Below are positions 9,550 to 17,104 of a DNA stretch of 64,000 nt, in pieces. The notes under the pieces are model-generated. The model worked only from the letters and a program-made list of their open reading frames with translations, made no database searches and was not told the origin of the DNA. Position 1 is the stretch's first letter. Every line of letters begins with the position of its first letter. The DNA lies in the NCBI GenBank assembly GCA_902784475.1, contig CACZUX010000003.1, positions 3,530 through 67,529 of the forward strand, read 5' to 3'. The stretch comes from an uncultured Bacteroidales bacterium. Lineage in GTDB: Bacteria; Bacteroidota; Bacteroidia; Bacteroidales; Bacteroidaceae. The translations under genes were made by a program, and so were the position numbers.

Positions 9550-10371
9550 ATGAAGAAGATTCTATTCGCCACAATGATTGTGGCATTTGCTCTGTTCCAG
9601 AGCAGCTGCGTAAGCACTAAAAAAATCAAATATTTTCAGAGAGCAGACAGCGTATATGCCCAAGCTCAGCGAATCCAACAAATGTATGAGATGCGCATCA
9701 AGCCTGCCGATCAGATTATGATTAAGGTACACTGCGCCGAGCCCGAATTACTGGAAATCTTTACCAATTCCGTCTTGATGGGAACAACGGGCAGAACAAA
9801 TGCCGGCACTATGGGTAGCGTTACCAACAATGCAGTGGGCAGCTACTATGGCTATACCGTGACCAATGAAGGCACAGTGATTCTTCCTGCCTTGGGCGAA
9901 ATCTACGTCATGGGCCTCACCATTGAAGAGTGTGCCCGCCTGATAGAAAGAAAAATTCAGGAAAAGAACCTCATCCTTGATCCGGCTGTCACCGTAACCT
10001 TCCTCAATGCGCGCGTCACCGTGGTCGGGGCCGTAAAGACGCCCAGGGTCGTCAATCTGACCTCAGAGCGTAATACCGTACTTGATGTTTTGGCTCAATG
10101 CGGTGATTTGGACGACACCGGTCTGCCCAGGACGCTCAAAGTCTTCAGAGAAAACAACGGCGAGCGTGTATTATACGATTTGGACCTTACAGACGTCTCC
10201 GTTTTTGAGTCTCCTGCCTACTATATGCAGCAGAACGACCTCATCTATGTGGAGTTCAACAAGTCGAAGAACATCAAGAAGAGTTCCTTCTATACCTTCC
10301 TCGGTGCCGGCTCCAGTGTCTTGGCACTCGTAAGCAGCATCGTGGCCTTGGTTTACACGCTCAAGAAGTAA
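9550..10371 (+). CDS. Polysaccharide export outer-membrane protein (Wza/BexD-like)
   Basis: Lipoprotein-type signal (FALFQSSC). Poly_export-like YEMRIKPADQIMIKV. SLBB-like VTVVGAVKTPRVVNL. C-terminal hydrophobic helix. Confidence 0.85.
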   Translation: MKKILFATMIVAFALFQSSCVSTKKIKYFQRADSVYAQAQRIQQMYEMRIKPADQIMIKVHCAEPELLEIFTNSVLMGTTGRTNAGTMGSVTNNAVGSYYGYTVTNEGTVILPALGEIYVMGLTIEECARLIERKIQEKNLILDPAVTVTFLNARVTVVGAVKTPRVVNLTSERNTVLDVLAQCGDLDDTGLPRTLKVFRENNGERVLYDLDLTDVSVFESPAYYMQQNDLIYVEFNKSKNIKKSSFYTFLGAGSSVLALVSSIVALVYTLKK

Positions 10372-10376
10372 AAAAA

Positions 10377-11318
10377 TTAGGACAGACGTTCGTTCAATTC
10401 TGACACCTGCTCGTTCAAAGCCGAGAGTTGTTCATGAATAGCAGAGAGCTGGGACTGAATCTCCCGGCTCTCTTCCGTTGTTTCACGCACCTCCGCAGCC
10501 GAGACTCCTTCCGTCAACTGACATGTGTGACAGAACTGCCCGCCAAACAGGCAGATATACCACGAAATCTGCACAAACAGAAGGAATAATGGAATGGCTG
10601 CAAACGAACCGTAGATGGCATTGTAGCTGGAAATCTTAATCTGATAGTGCACATAGAAATAGGCCATACCCTGAAACAATATGGCTGCGATTATGCCAGG
10701 CACGATGCAGTAACGCCACTTCACCTGCGTATTGGGCATCAGCTTGTAGAGAAAAATAAAGCTAAAAGACGTGATGATATACGGCGAGAGATAAAGCATC
10801 CAGTGCACCGTGTTCGTAATAAAGAACATGTCGCCGAACATCTGGGCGAAGGTCATCAAGAGCACGCTTAGACCGCTTGTGATGATAAAGAGCAGAGGCA
10901 TGAGGATAAATACCGAAATGTAGTCGGAAATCTGCTTGTACAGAGAACGCGAGCTCTTTACCCACCATATCTGGTTGAACGCAGTCTCGATGTTGATGGT
11001 CAGATTCACTACGGTGTACATCAGCACGGCAATACCGACACCGACAAAGACTCCGCCCTTGGTGTGCTGCAGATACGAATTGACAAAGCCAATGACCTGC
11101 GTCGCCGTTTCCGGAGAGAAGTCGAGCACCTGATGTATCTTGGATTCGACCATTTCATCGAATCCGAAACCTCTGGCAATGGCAAAGGCGATGGCCAATA
11201 CGGGCACGGAAGCCAACAATGTATTATAGGTCAAAGCCGAAGCAAAGGAGCCTATGTTACCATTAATGAAATGCACCACGGTAAGGCGCAGCAAGCCATA
11301 TAATTTCTTCCAACTCAT
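10377..11318 (-). CDS. YihY/BrkB family membrane protein
   Basis: SFASALTYNTLLASVPVLAIAFAIARGFGF plus six predicted TM segments. C-terminal coiled-coil tail. Confidence 0.85.
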   Translation of the reverse strand: MSWKKLYGLLRLTVVHFINGNIGSFASALTYNTLLASVPVLAIAFAIARGFGFDEMVESKIHQVLDFSPETATQVIGFVNSYLQHTKGGVFVGVGIAVLMYTVVNLTINIETAFNQIWWVKSSRSLYKQISDYISVFILMPLLFIITSGLSVLLMTFAQMFGDMFFITNTVHWMLYLSPYIITSFSFIFLYKLMPNTQVKWRYCIVPGIIAAILFQGMAYFYVHYQIKISSYNAIYGSFAAIPLFLLFVQISWYICLFGGQFCHTCQLTEGVSAAEVRETTEESREIQSQLSAIHEQLSALNEQVSELNERLS

Positions 11319-11337
11319 ATATTCTCAAAAAAAGAGA

Positions 11338-11697
11338 CAGTGAATCTGTAAGCCGGGTTCTGTGCTGCCCGAAAGCAGTGCCTGTCATTTATCCAGGATG
11401 CAGGTCACCCTACACCTCAATCGTTCTACCCTCCGGCTCGGACGGGTCGCCCTCAGACGCCGGTATACGCGAACTTTCAACACCCGGAGTGCACAGCATT
11501 TGCGTCACCGCAAACCTGGTGGGCTCTTACCCCGCCTTCTCACCCTTACCGCCCCCGAAAGAACGGCGGTTGTTTTCTTCTGCACGATCTGACCCTCACG
11601 GATCACTTCCCGTTAGGAAGCGGGTTACCCTGTGTTGCCCGGACTTTCCTCTGACCCAGAGACCGGAGCCTCAAGCCAGCGACAAGCCGATTCACTG
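11338..11697 (-). ncRNA. rnpB: RNase P RNA, bacterial type A
   Basis: The minus strand contains the universal P4 motif GAGGAAAGUCCGGGC (plus strand gcccggactttcctc at about 11636-11650) and ACAGAACCCGGCUUAC near the 3' end. P1 pairing: 5' CAGUGAAUC (11697-11689) with 3' GAUUCACUG (11346-11338). Confidence 0.9.
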
Positions 11698-11723
11698 CCT
11701 CAAATAATCGCTCTTTTTCGCTG

Positions 11724-11731
11724 CAAAAGTA
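11724..11731 (-). promoter_or_regulatory. -7 box (TActTTTG) upstream of rnpB
   Basis: The plus strand reads caaaagta, which is TACTTTTG on the minus strand. It lies about 27 nt upstream of the P1 5' strand. Confidence 0.5.
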
Positions 11732-11871
11732 ATAAAATTTGTTTAGACACGGCAAAATAGAGTTTACGGAAAGTTAAAAAAGAAGCGTTTTAACTTGATT
11801 TAATGCTTCTTCGAATACAATGAGAGACGAAACGCCGTAACTTCGCAGTGATTTTTTAAACAAATACCGCT

Positions 11872-12972
11872 ATGAAACGATTTGCAATTACATTATCCGT
11901 TTTGCTGAGCACACTCTTCACCACAGTCAACACGTCGGCAGCTCCTTTGGTCGATCTGACGGCAGCTGCGGAAAAAAGTGTGAATGCCGTTGTTTACATC
12001 AAAGTCACCGTACAAGGAAAGACGCAGCGCTATTCCGTTCAGGATCCCTTTGAAGACTTCTTCGGAGGCTTCTTCGGACGACGAGCGCCGCAGCAGAGAG
12101 AATACCGAGAACCGGACAAACAAGGTGCCGGCAGCGGCGTCATCATTTCCTCCGACGGCTATATTGTGACCAACAACCACGTTGTAGAAGGCGCTACGGA
12201 CATCACGGTAAAGCTCAACGACAACCGCGAGTTTACCGGCAAGGTCATCGGCACAGACCCAACCACCGATTTGGCGTTGGTGAAGGTAGAAGGCAAGGAC
12301 CTCCCCACCCTGCCTATCGGTGACTCCGATCAGCTGAAAATCGGCCAGTGGGTGTTGGCTGTAGGCAATCCGTTCAATCTCACCAGCACCGTAACAGCCG
12401 GCATAGTTTCCGCCAAAGCACGTTCGCTGGGCGCTAACGGCATTGAGAGTTTCATCCAAACGGACGCCGCCATCAATGCCGGCAATTCCGGCGGCGCTCT
12501 GGTGAACGAACAGGGTGAACTGGTCGGCATCAACGCCATGCTGTATTCACAGACCGGAAGTTACGCCGGTTACGGTTTTGCGATTCCTACGAGCATCATG
12601 AATCATGTGGTAGAAGACCTTAAGGCTTTCGGCAGCGTTCAGCGCGCCGTCCTCGGCATCCGCGGCGGCGACGTCTCCACCTACATCGACAATGAGAAAG
12701 CACGAGGTCGCGAAGCCGATTTCGGCACACTTACGGGCGTTTGGATTGAAAGAGTGGTTGAAGGCGGTGCTGCCGCCGATGCTGGTCTGCAGCGCGGCGA
12801 CATCATCATCATGGTGGACAACCGCGACATCCACAAGATGAGCGAACTGCAGGAAGTTGTTGCCCGTCACCGCCCCGGTGATAAGATTACGGTAACCTAC
12901 ATGAGAGATCGCAAGACCTACACCGTGCGCATCTCCTTGGACTCCGACCAGCAGGGCGTCAGGAAAGTGTGA
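11872..12972 (+). CDS. HtrA/DegP-family periplasmic serine protease with a single PDZ domain
   Basis: Signal peptide present. Catalytic triad contexts TNNHVV, DLALVKV and GNSGGALVN. C-terminal PDZ-like domain (GLQRGDIIIMVDN). Confidence 0.93.
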   Translation: MKRFAITLSVLLSTLFTTVNTSAAPLVDLTAAAEKSVNAVVYIKVTVQGKTQRYSVQDPFEDFFGGFFGRRAPQQREYREPDKQGAGSGVIISSDGYIVTNNHVVEGATDITVKLNDNREFTGKVIGTDPTTDLALVKVEGKDLPTLPIGDSDQLKIGQWVLAVGNPFNLTSTVTAGIVSAKARSLGANGIESFIQTDAAINAGNSGGALVNEQGELVGINAMLYSQTGSYAGYGFAIPTSIMNHVVEDLKAFGSVQRAVLGIRGGDVSTYIDNEKARGREADFGTLTGVWIERVVEGGAAADAGLQRGDIIIMVDNRDIHKMSELQEVVARHRPGDKITVTYMRDRKTYTVRISLDSDQQGVRKV

Positions 12973-13014
12973 CAAAATAAGCAAATAGCCTGTCAAGCAG
13001 GATAATTCTGAGAG

Positions 13015-13041
13015 AAAAAGCGGGCGATGTCCGCTTTTTTT
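13015..13041 (+). terminator. Putative rho-independent terminator after htrA-like gene
   Basis: aaaaagcgg-gcgatgt-ccgcttttttt: a short GC stem extended by A:U pairs, followed by a T7 run. Confidence 0.5.
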
Positions 13042-13043
13042 CT

Positions 13044-13051
13044 TACCTTTG
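13044..13051 (+). promoter_or_regulatory. -7 box (TAccTTTG) for the 13080-17104 operon
   Basis: tacctttg lies 29 nt upstream of the ATG at 13080, directly after the terminator hairpin. Confidence 0.55.
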
Positions 13052-13079
13052 CCGCGAAAACGATGTTTTGTAAAAACAA

Positions 13080-13511
13080 ATGAAACACATTCTTTCAATC
13101 CTGATACTTGCGATGTGCTGTGCAGGACTCTCGGCCAAGCCGAAGAAGTGCACCGTCTATATGTTCGGCTTCGGCGCTTCGTTCACGGACTCTGTCGCCT
13201 ACATTACGGAAGTGCAGCCCGTCACTCCGGCCTATATTGAGACTTCCACGAGATTTCTCTACGACCGCAGCCTCTATGCATTGCAGCTCCGCAACTTCAT
13301 GGAAGAGAAATACCAACTGATGAATCCCACCTGCGTCGTATTTTTCAGCACCAAGAAGGGAAAGATGGCTTCCAAGCGCGAAAAACTACGCAAACGCTAT
13401 CTCGACGCGGAGGGCTTCACCCTGATGCGTTTGCCCGCAGAGTTGTTCACCTTCGTCCCGGAGGATTTTGAGTCGCACGAACTCACAGATCCTTTTGAAG
13501 AACAAAAATAA
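13080..13511 (+). CDS. Hypothetical secreted/lipoprotein-like protein (143 aa)
   Basis: N-terminal signal MKHILSILILAMCCAGLSA. No recognised domain. First gene of the operon, ending 5 nt before the kinase-like gene. Confidence 0.7.
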   Translation: MKHILSILILAMCCAGLSAKPKKCTVYMFGFGASFTDSVAYITEVQPVTPAYIETSTRFLYDRSLYALQLRNFMEEKYQLMNPTCVVFFSTKKGKMASKREKLRKRYLDAEGFTLMRLPAELFTFVPEDFESHELTDPFEEQK

Positions 13512-13516
13512 CCGAA

Positions 13517-14404
13517 ATGACTGACGAAAGATACTGCATAGCAGGCCACTGTCTGAGGATACAGTTTGGCGACAGCGACGGACAGACGCTGTTGCCTAAT
13601 TTTGAGAATTTCCGTATCGCCTCAGACGACGTTCGCCGCGACCGCTTTACGGTGCAGGTGCTCCCAGCACTCAACGATTGGGAAGAAGATACACACGAAA
13701 TCGGCCAGTTTGACTGCGGCGGCAGCAACCACGCCGTTCTGCGCCGCAGCGATGACGGCTATCAGTTCGCCATTTCCAATCCCTCCGGCGTGCTGTGTGC
13801 CCGCATTATCGCAGACCCGCTCTTTCAGGATGTGCGTGTGACACTCGTTTCCCCCGAAGAAAGCGACCGTCGTTTCGGGCTAAACAACTGCATGATGCTC
13901 TCCTATTCCTTTGCACTCTGCGAGGAAGACACCCTGCTGGTTCACGCCAGCGTCATTCGCAACAACGGCAGAGGCTACCTGATGACCGCTCCGAGCGGAA
14001 CGGGGAAGAGCACACACACCTATCTGTGGTACAAAAACATTCCCGGATCGGACCTGATGAACGACGACAATCCCGTCATCCGCATCGTAGAAGGCACAGC
14101 AAAAGTGTATGGAAGCCCGTGGAGCGGAAAGACGCCGTGTTATCGCAACATCGAAGCTCCCATCGGGGCTGTTGTGCGCATTCAGCGCAGCAGCGAAAAC
14201 GCCATCCGGCGCCTCTCTCCCATCGAAGCTTTTGCCATGATGCTGCCTTCGTGCAACAACATGAAATGGGACCGCCGGGTTTATACCGCCGTATGCTCCT
14301 CGCTCAATCATCTTGTGGCCACCGCAAAACTTTGGGAACTGGGTTGTCGTCCCGACCGCGAAGCCGCTCTCGTATGCTATGAAGCCGTCAGCAAAGATTA
14401 TTGA
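13517..14404 (+). CDS. HPr-kinase-C-terminal-like P-loop protein (HprK-related kinase family)
   Basis: P-loop LMTAPSGTGKSTHTYLW followed by NDDNPVIRIVEGTAKVYGSPWSGK, resembling the HprK C-terminal domain. About 130 aa of unrelated N-terminal domain. Confidence 0.7.
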   Translation: MTDERYCIAGHCLRIQFGDSDGQTLLPNFENFRIASDDVRRDRFTVQVLPALNDWEEDTHEIGQFDCGGSNHAVLRRSDDGYQFAISNPSGVLCARIIADPLFQDVRVTLVSPEESDRRFGLNNCMMLSYSFALCEEDTLLVHASVIRNNGRGYLMTAPSGTGKSTHTYLWYKNIPGSDLMNDDNPVIRIVEGTAKVYGSPWSGKTPCYRNIEAPIGAVVRIQRSSENAIRRLSPIEAFAMMLPSCNNMKWDRRVYTAVCSSLNHLVATAKLWELGCRPDREAALVCYEAVSKDY

Positions 14405-14405
14405 A

Positions 14406-14849
14406 ATGAGCAATGCCGTGCTCCTCGGGGCCGTAAAAGAAGCGCTCCAAGGGGGACATTCCTGCACGCTCAACGTGCGGGGCTACAGCATGCGTCCCTT
14501 CTTGGAAGACCGTCGGGACAGCGTCGTCCTTTCGCCTGTTGGCAGCACCTTGCATGAAGGAGACGCCGTTTTGGCAGAATTGACGCCGGACCACTACGTG
14601 CTGCACCGCATCATCGGCATCGACGCAGAAAAGGTCACCCTCATGGGCGACGGCAACATACGCGGCACGGAGCAGTGCAGAAAGCAAGACATTTGCGGCA
14701 TCGTCACACGCTACATTCATCCGCGCTGCGCCTTCAATGCCGACAGCCGGATGATGCACTGGGCTGTGCCTTTGTGGCGAAAACTGCTGCCGATACGCCG
14801 TTATCTGCTGAAACTGTACAGTATTGCACGCAAAATAAGACTGTTATGA
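14406..14849 (+). CDS. S24/S26-family peptidase-like protein, soluble, Ser/His type
   Basis: Nucleophile motif RGYSMRPFL. YVLHRIIGIDAEKVTLMGDGN has His where LexA/SPase I have the general-base Lys. No TM helix seen. Start at 14406 is 1 nt after the upstream stop; an alternative ATG is at 14379. Confidence 0.7.
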   Translation: MSNAVLLGAVKEALQGGHSCTLNVRGYSMRPFLEDRRDSVVLSPVGSTLHEGDAVLAELTPDHYVLHRIIGIDAEKVTLMGDGNIRGTEQCRKQDICGIVTRYIHPRCAFNADSRMMHWAVPLWRKLLPIRRYLLKLYSIARKIRLL

Positions 14850-15109
14850 AAATAAAACCCGGTTTTGAACTGAGAATGATGTGCGGCGAGAACGTCATCA
14901 TTGCTTATGGAGAGGAGAACATCAACTTCTCCAAAATCATCGCGCTCAACGAAAGCGCCACCGTCATTTGGAACGCCGTTATCGGCAAAGAATTCACGGT
15001 GGAGGATATGGCGAAGGCGCTCTGCGAAGAATACGAGGTTGATCCGCAGGAAGCGCTGAAAGACAGCGAGAAGATTGCAAAAGAATGGCAGGAATTAGGT
15101 CTCTGCTGA
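14846..15109 (+). CDS. PqqD-family protein (RiPP recognition element-like)
   Basis: 87 aa. MKIKPGFELRMMCGENVIIAYGEE...LNESATVIWNAV...FTVEDMAKALCEEYEVDPQEALKDSEKIAKEWQELGL matches the PqqD pattern. The ATG overlaps the upstream TGA (ATGA). Confidence 0.8.
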   Translation: MKIKPGFELRMMCGENVIIAYGEENINFSKIIALNESATVIWNAVIGKEFTVEDMAKALCEEYEVDPQEALKDSEKIAKEWQELGLC

Positions 15110-16308
15110 CAGCAGTATTCCTGCTGTGTACGCTCCCCCATTTCGCCCAACACCACACGGTGATGGACGAAACGATACGCACGCTGCAGGTGAGCATCAA
15201 CGACGACCGCACCCTGCCTCCGGTGATAACACTGGGCAAAAACACCACATTGCATATTGACTGGGACCAACTCTCCCACACCTATCACCGCTACACCTAC
15301 CACATACAGCATTGCGACAAAAACTGGGAGCCCTCCAACGAGCTCTTCGAGAGCGACTGGCTCTCGGGCGTGAACGGATTGCCCGTTGAAGACTACCGCA
15401 CCAGCTTCAACACCTCTCAGCTTTACACCCACTACCATCTGGCCCTGCCCAATGAAAACACCCGGGTGAGACTGTCGGGAAACTACAAGGTGGAAATCCG
15501 CGAAGACGACGTGCCAGTGCTCGAAGTCCAGTTTTGTGCCGTGGAAAAGACGATGCCCATCACGGTGAAATGCTCCTCCAACACCGACATCGATTTCCAG
15601 AAAAACCACCAGCAACTCACCGTCGGCATCAACTACAACGGCATCCGCATCATCGATGTGGACGAGCAGCTCTATATGCGCGTCATTCAGAACCGCCACT
15701 GGGACGAACGCGTGGAGGGCGTGCGACCCAATATCCGCAAAGCCACCGGAGTGGAGTTTTCGCATCATCGGGGCCTCATCTTCGAGGCGGGCAACGAGTT
15801 TCACAAGTTCGAGCTGCTCGACGTGCACAAGCCCGGCATGGGCATCGACTTCATGCGATGGTACGACCCCTGGTGGCACGTCACGCTCGAAGAGCAGCAT
15901 CCGGGCCGCGCCTATGTGTATGACGAAGATCTGAACGGCGCGTTCTTTATTCGCCGCAACTGGGACGAAGACAACGACATCATGGCCGAATACGTCATCG
16001 TCCACTTCATCCTCAAGACCACTCCGCTCTATGCCACAGGCGATGTGTATGTCAGCGGCCAATGGTCGCAGGGCGAAAAGAGCGAGGAATACCGGATGGA
16101 GTATGACGAGGCTCTGGGGGTCTATGAAAAAGCCGTACTCCTGAAACAGGGCTACTACAGCTACGAATTCATTCAAAGCAACGGCAGCACGGCCCGCACT
16201 ATGGGCAGCTTCTATCAAACTGAAAATGAATACCAGATACTGCTTTACTATCGCGAGCAGGGCGGTCGCTACGATCGTCTTGTGGGCTACGCTTTGGTGC
16301 ACAGTTAA
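15085..16308 (+). CDS. Secreted protein, DUF5103 / T9SS plug-protein-like (tentative)
   Basis: Signal peptide MAGIRSLLTAVFLLCTLPHFAQ. From memory, IRTLQVSINDD..LPPVITLG...HIDWDQLSHTYHRYTYHIQHCDKNWEPS...FNTSQLYTHYHLALPNE...LSGNYKVEI resembles the DUF5103 family. Overlaps the PqqD-like gene by 25 nt. Confidence 0.6.
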   Translation: MAGIRSLLTAVFLLCTLPHFAQHHTVMDETIRTLQVSINDDRTLPPVITLGKNTTLHIDWDQLSHTYHRYTYHIQHCDKNWEPSNELFESDWLSGVNGLPVEDYRTSFNTSQLYTHYHLALPNENTRVRLSGNYKVEIREDDVPVLEVQFCAVEKTMPITVKCSSNTDIDFQKNHQQLTVGINYNGIRIIDVDEQLYMRVIQNRHWDERVEGVRPNIRKATGVEFSHHRGLIFEAGNEFHKFELLDVHKPGMGIDFMRWYDPWWHVTLEEQHPGRAYVYDEDLNGAFFIRRNWDEDNDIMAEYVIVHFILKTTPLYATGDVYVSGQWSQGEKSEEYRMEYDEALGVYEKAVLLKQGYYSYEFIQSNGSTARTMGSFYQTENEYQILLYYREQGGRYDRLVGYALVHS

Positions 16309-17104
16309 GGCCGAGGGCGATTCGCTGCGCGTGGTGAATCTGCTGCAAAGAGGCGGGGCACTGGAGCCTTCCGCCAATCTCATGCTGTGGTACGGCAAAG
16401 AGTTTGTCGGCACGCCTTACAAAGCACAGACTCTGGAAATCAACCGGACGGAAGCGCTCGTCGTGAATCTGCGCGAGATGGATTGCACCACGTTTGTCGA
16501 AACCGTTGCGGCGCTTACTCTGACCACACGCGAAAAATCCGTTTCCTACGACGCTTTCAGGAAAAACCTGCAGCGCATCCGCTACCGCCTCGGGCAGCTG
16601 GACGGATATGCCTCGCGCAACCATTATTTCCAATGGTGGATAGAGAGCAACAGCGAGATGGGGCTGGTGAAAGAGATTATGCCCTCAACAGGCGCAAGAA
16701 CCATGACCCTGCAACTGCATTATATGTCGCGCCACATCGGCTCCTACCCCATGCTGAAGGACGACCCGCTGGCGCAACGTCTGATTGCGGCACACGAGCG
16801 GGAAAGCAGCGGCAAAAAGGTGCGCTATCTGCCCAAAAGCGAGGTCGGGAAAGACAGCAAAACACTCGGTTTCATCGAGAGCGGCGACATTCTGGTCCTC
16901 ACTACATCGAAAGACGGGCTCGACTGCTCCCACATCGGCATTGCCGTGTGGGGACGCGACGGCAGACTGCATCTGCTGAATGCCTCGCAAATCCGCAAAA
17001 AGGTGGTGGTGGAGCCAATGACGCTCTTCGCCTACATGCAGCGCCATCCGACACAGACGGGCATCCGCATCGTCCGCTTGCTGGCCAACCAATCACTGCA
17101 CTAA
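16226..17104 (+). CDS. DUF1460 / N-acetylmuramoyl-L-alanine amidase-like protein
   Basis: GTPYKAQTLEINRTEALVVNLREMDCTTFVETV and DCSHIGIAV motifs resemble DUF1460. The start is uncertain: 16226 overlaps the upstream gene by 83 nt, and the next in-frame ATG is at 16382. Confidence 0.65.
   Translation: MNTRYCFTIASRAVATIVLWATLWCTVKAEGDSLRVVNLLQRGGALEPSANLMLWYGKEFVGTPYKAQTLEINRTEALVVNLREMDCTTFVETVAALTLTTREKSVSYDAFRKNLQRIRYRLGQLDGYASRNHYFQWWIESNSEMGLVKEIMPSTGARTMTLQLHYMSRHIGSYPMLKDDPLAQRLIAAHERESSGKKVRYLPKSEVGKDSKTLGFIESGDILVLTTSKDGLDCSHIGIAVWGRDGRLHLLNASQIRKKVVVEPMTLFAYMQRHPTQTGIRIVRLLANQSLH

Noticed and set aside
11362-11707. Two plus-strand ORFs (76 and 109 aa) in the 11.3-11.7 kb gap
   Set aside because: The region is RNase P RNA on the minus strand (GAGGAAAGUCCGGGC, P1 pairing). 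The ORFs are chance frames through a structured RNA gene.
14905-16413. 502-aa minus-strand ORF opposite the DUF5103-like gene. Similar long antisense ORFs occur at 7464-8534, 17447-18631, 19249-20421, 27751-28521, 35488-36354, 36326-37153, 37032-38048, 41857-43302, 43399-44343, 44214-45158, 51291-52214 and 57429-58283.
   Set aside because: All lie fully inside better-supported genes on the other strand, have biased composition (H/R/G/V/A) and carry no motifs. I treat them as codon-bias shadows, not overlapping genes.
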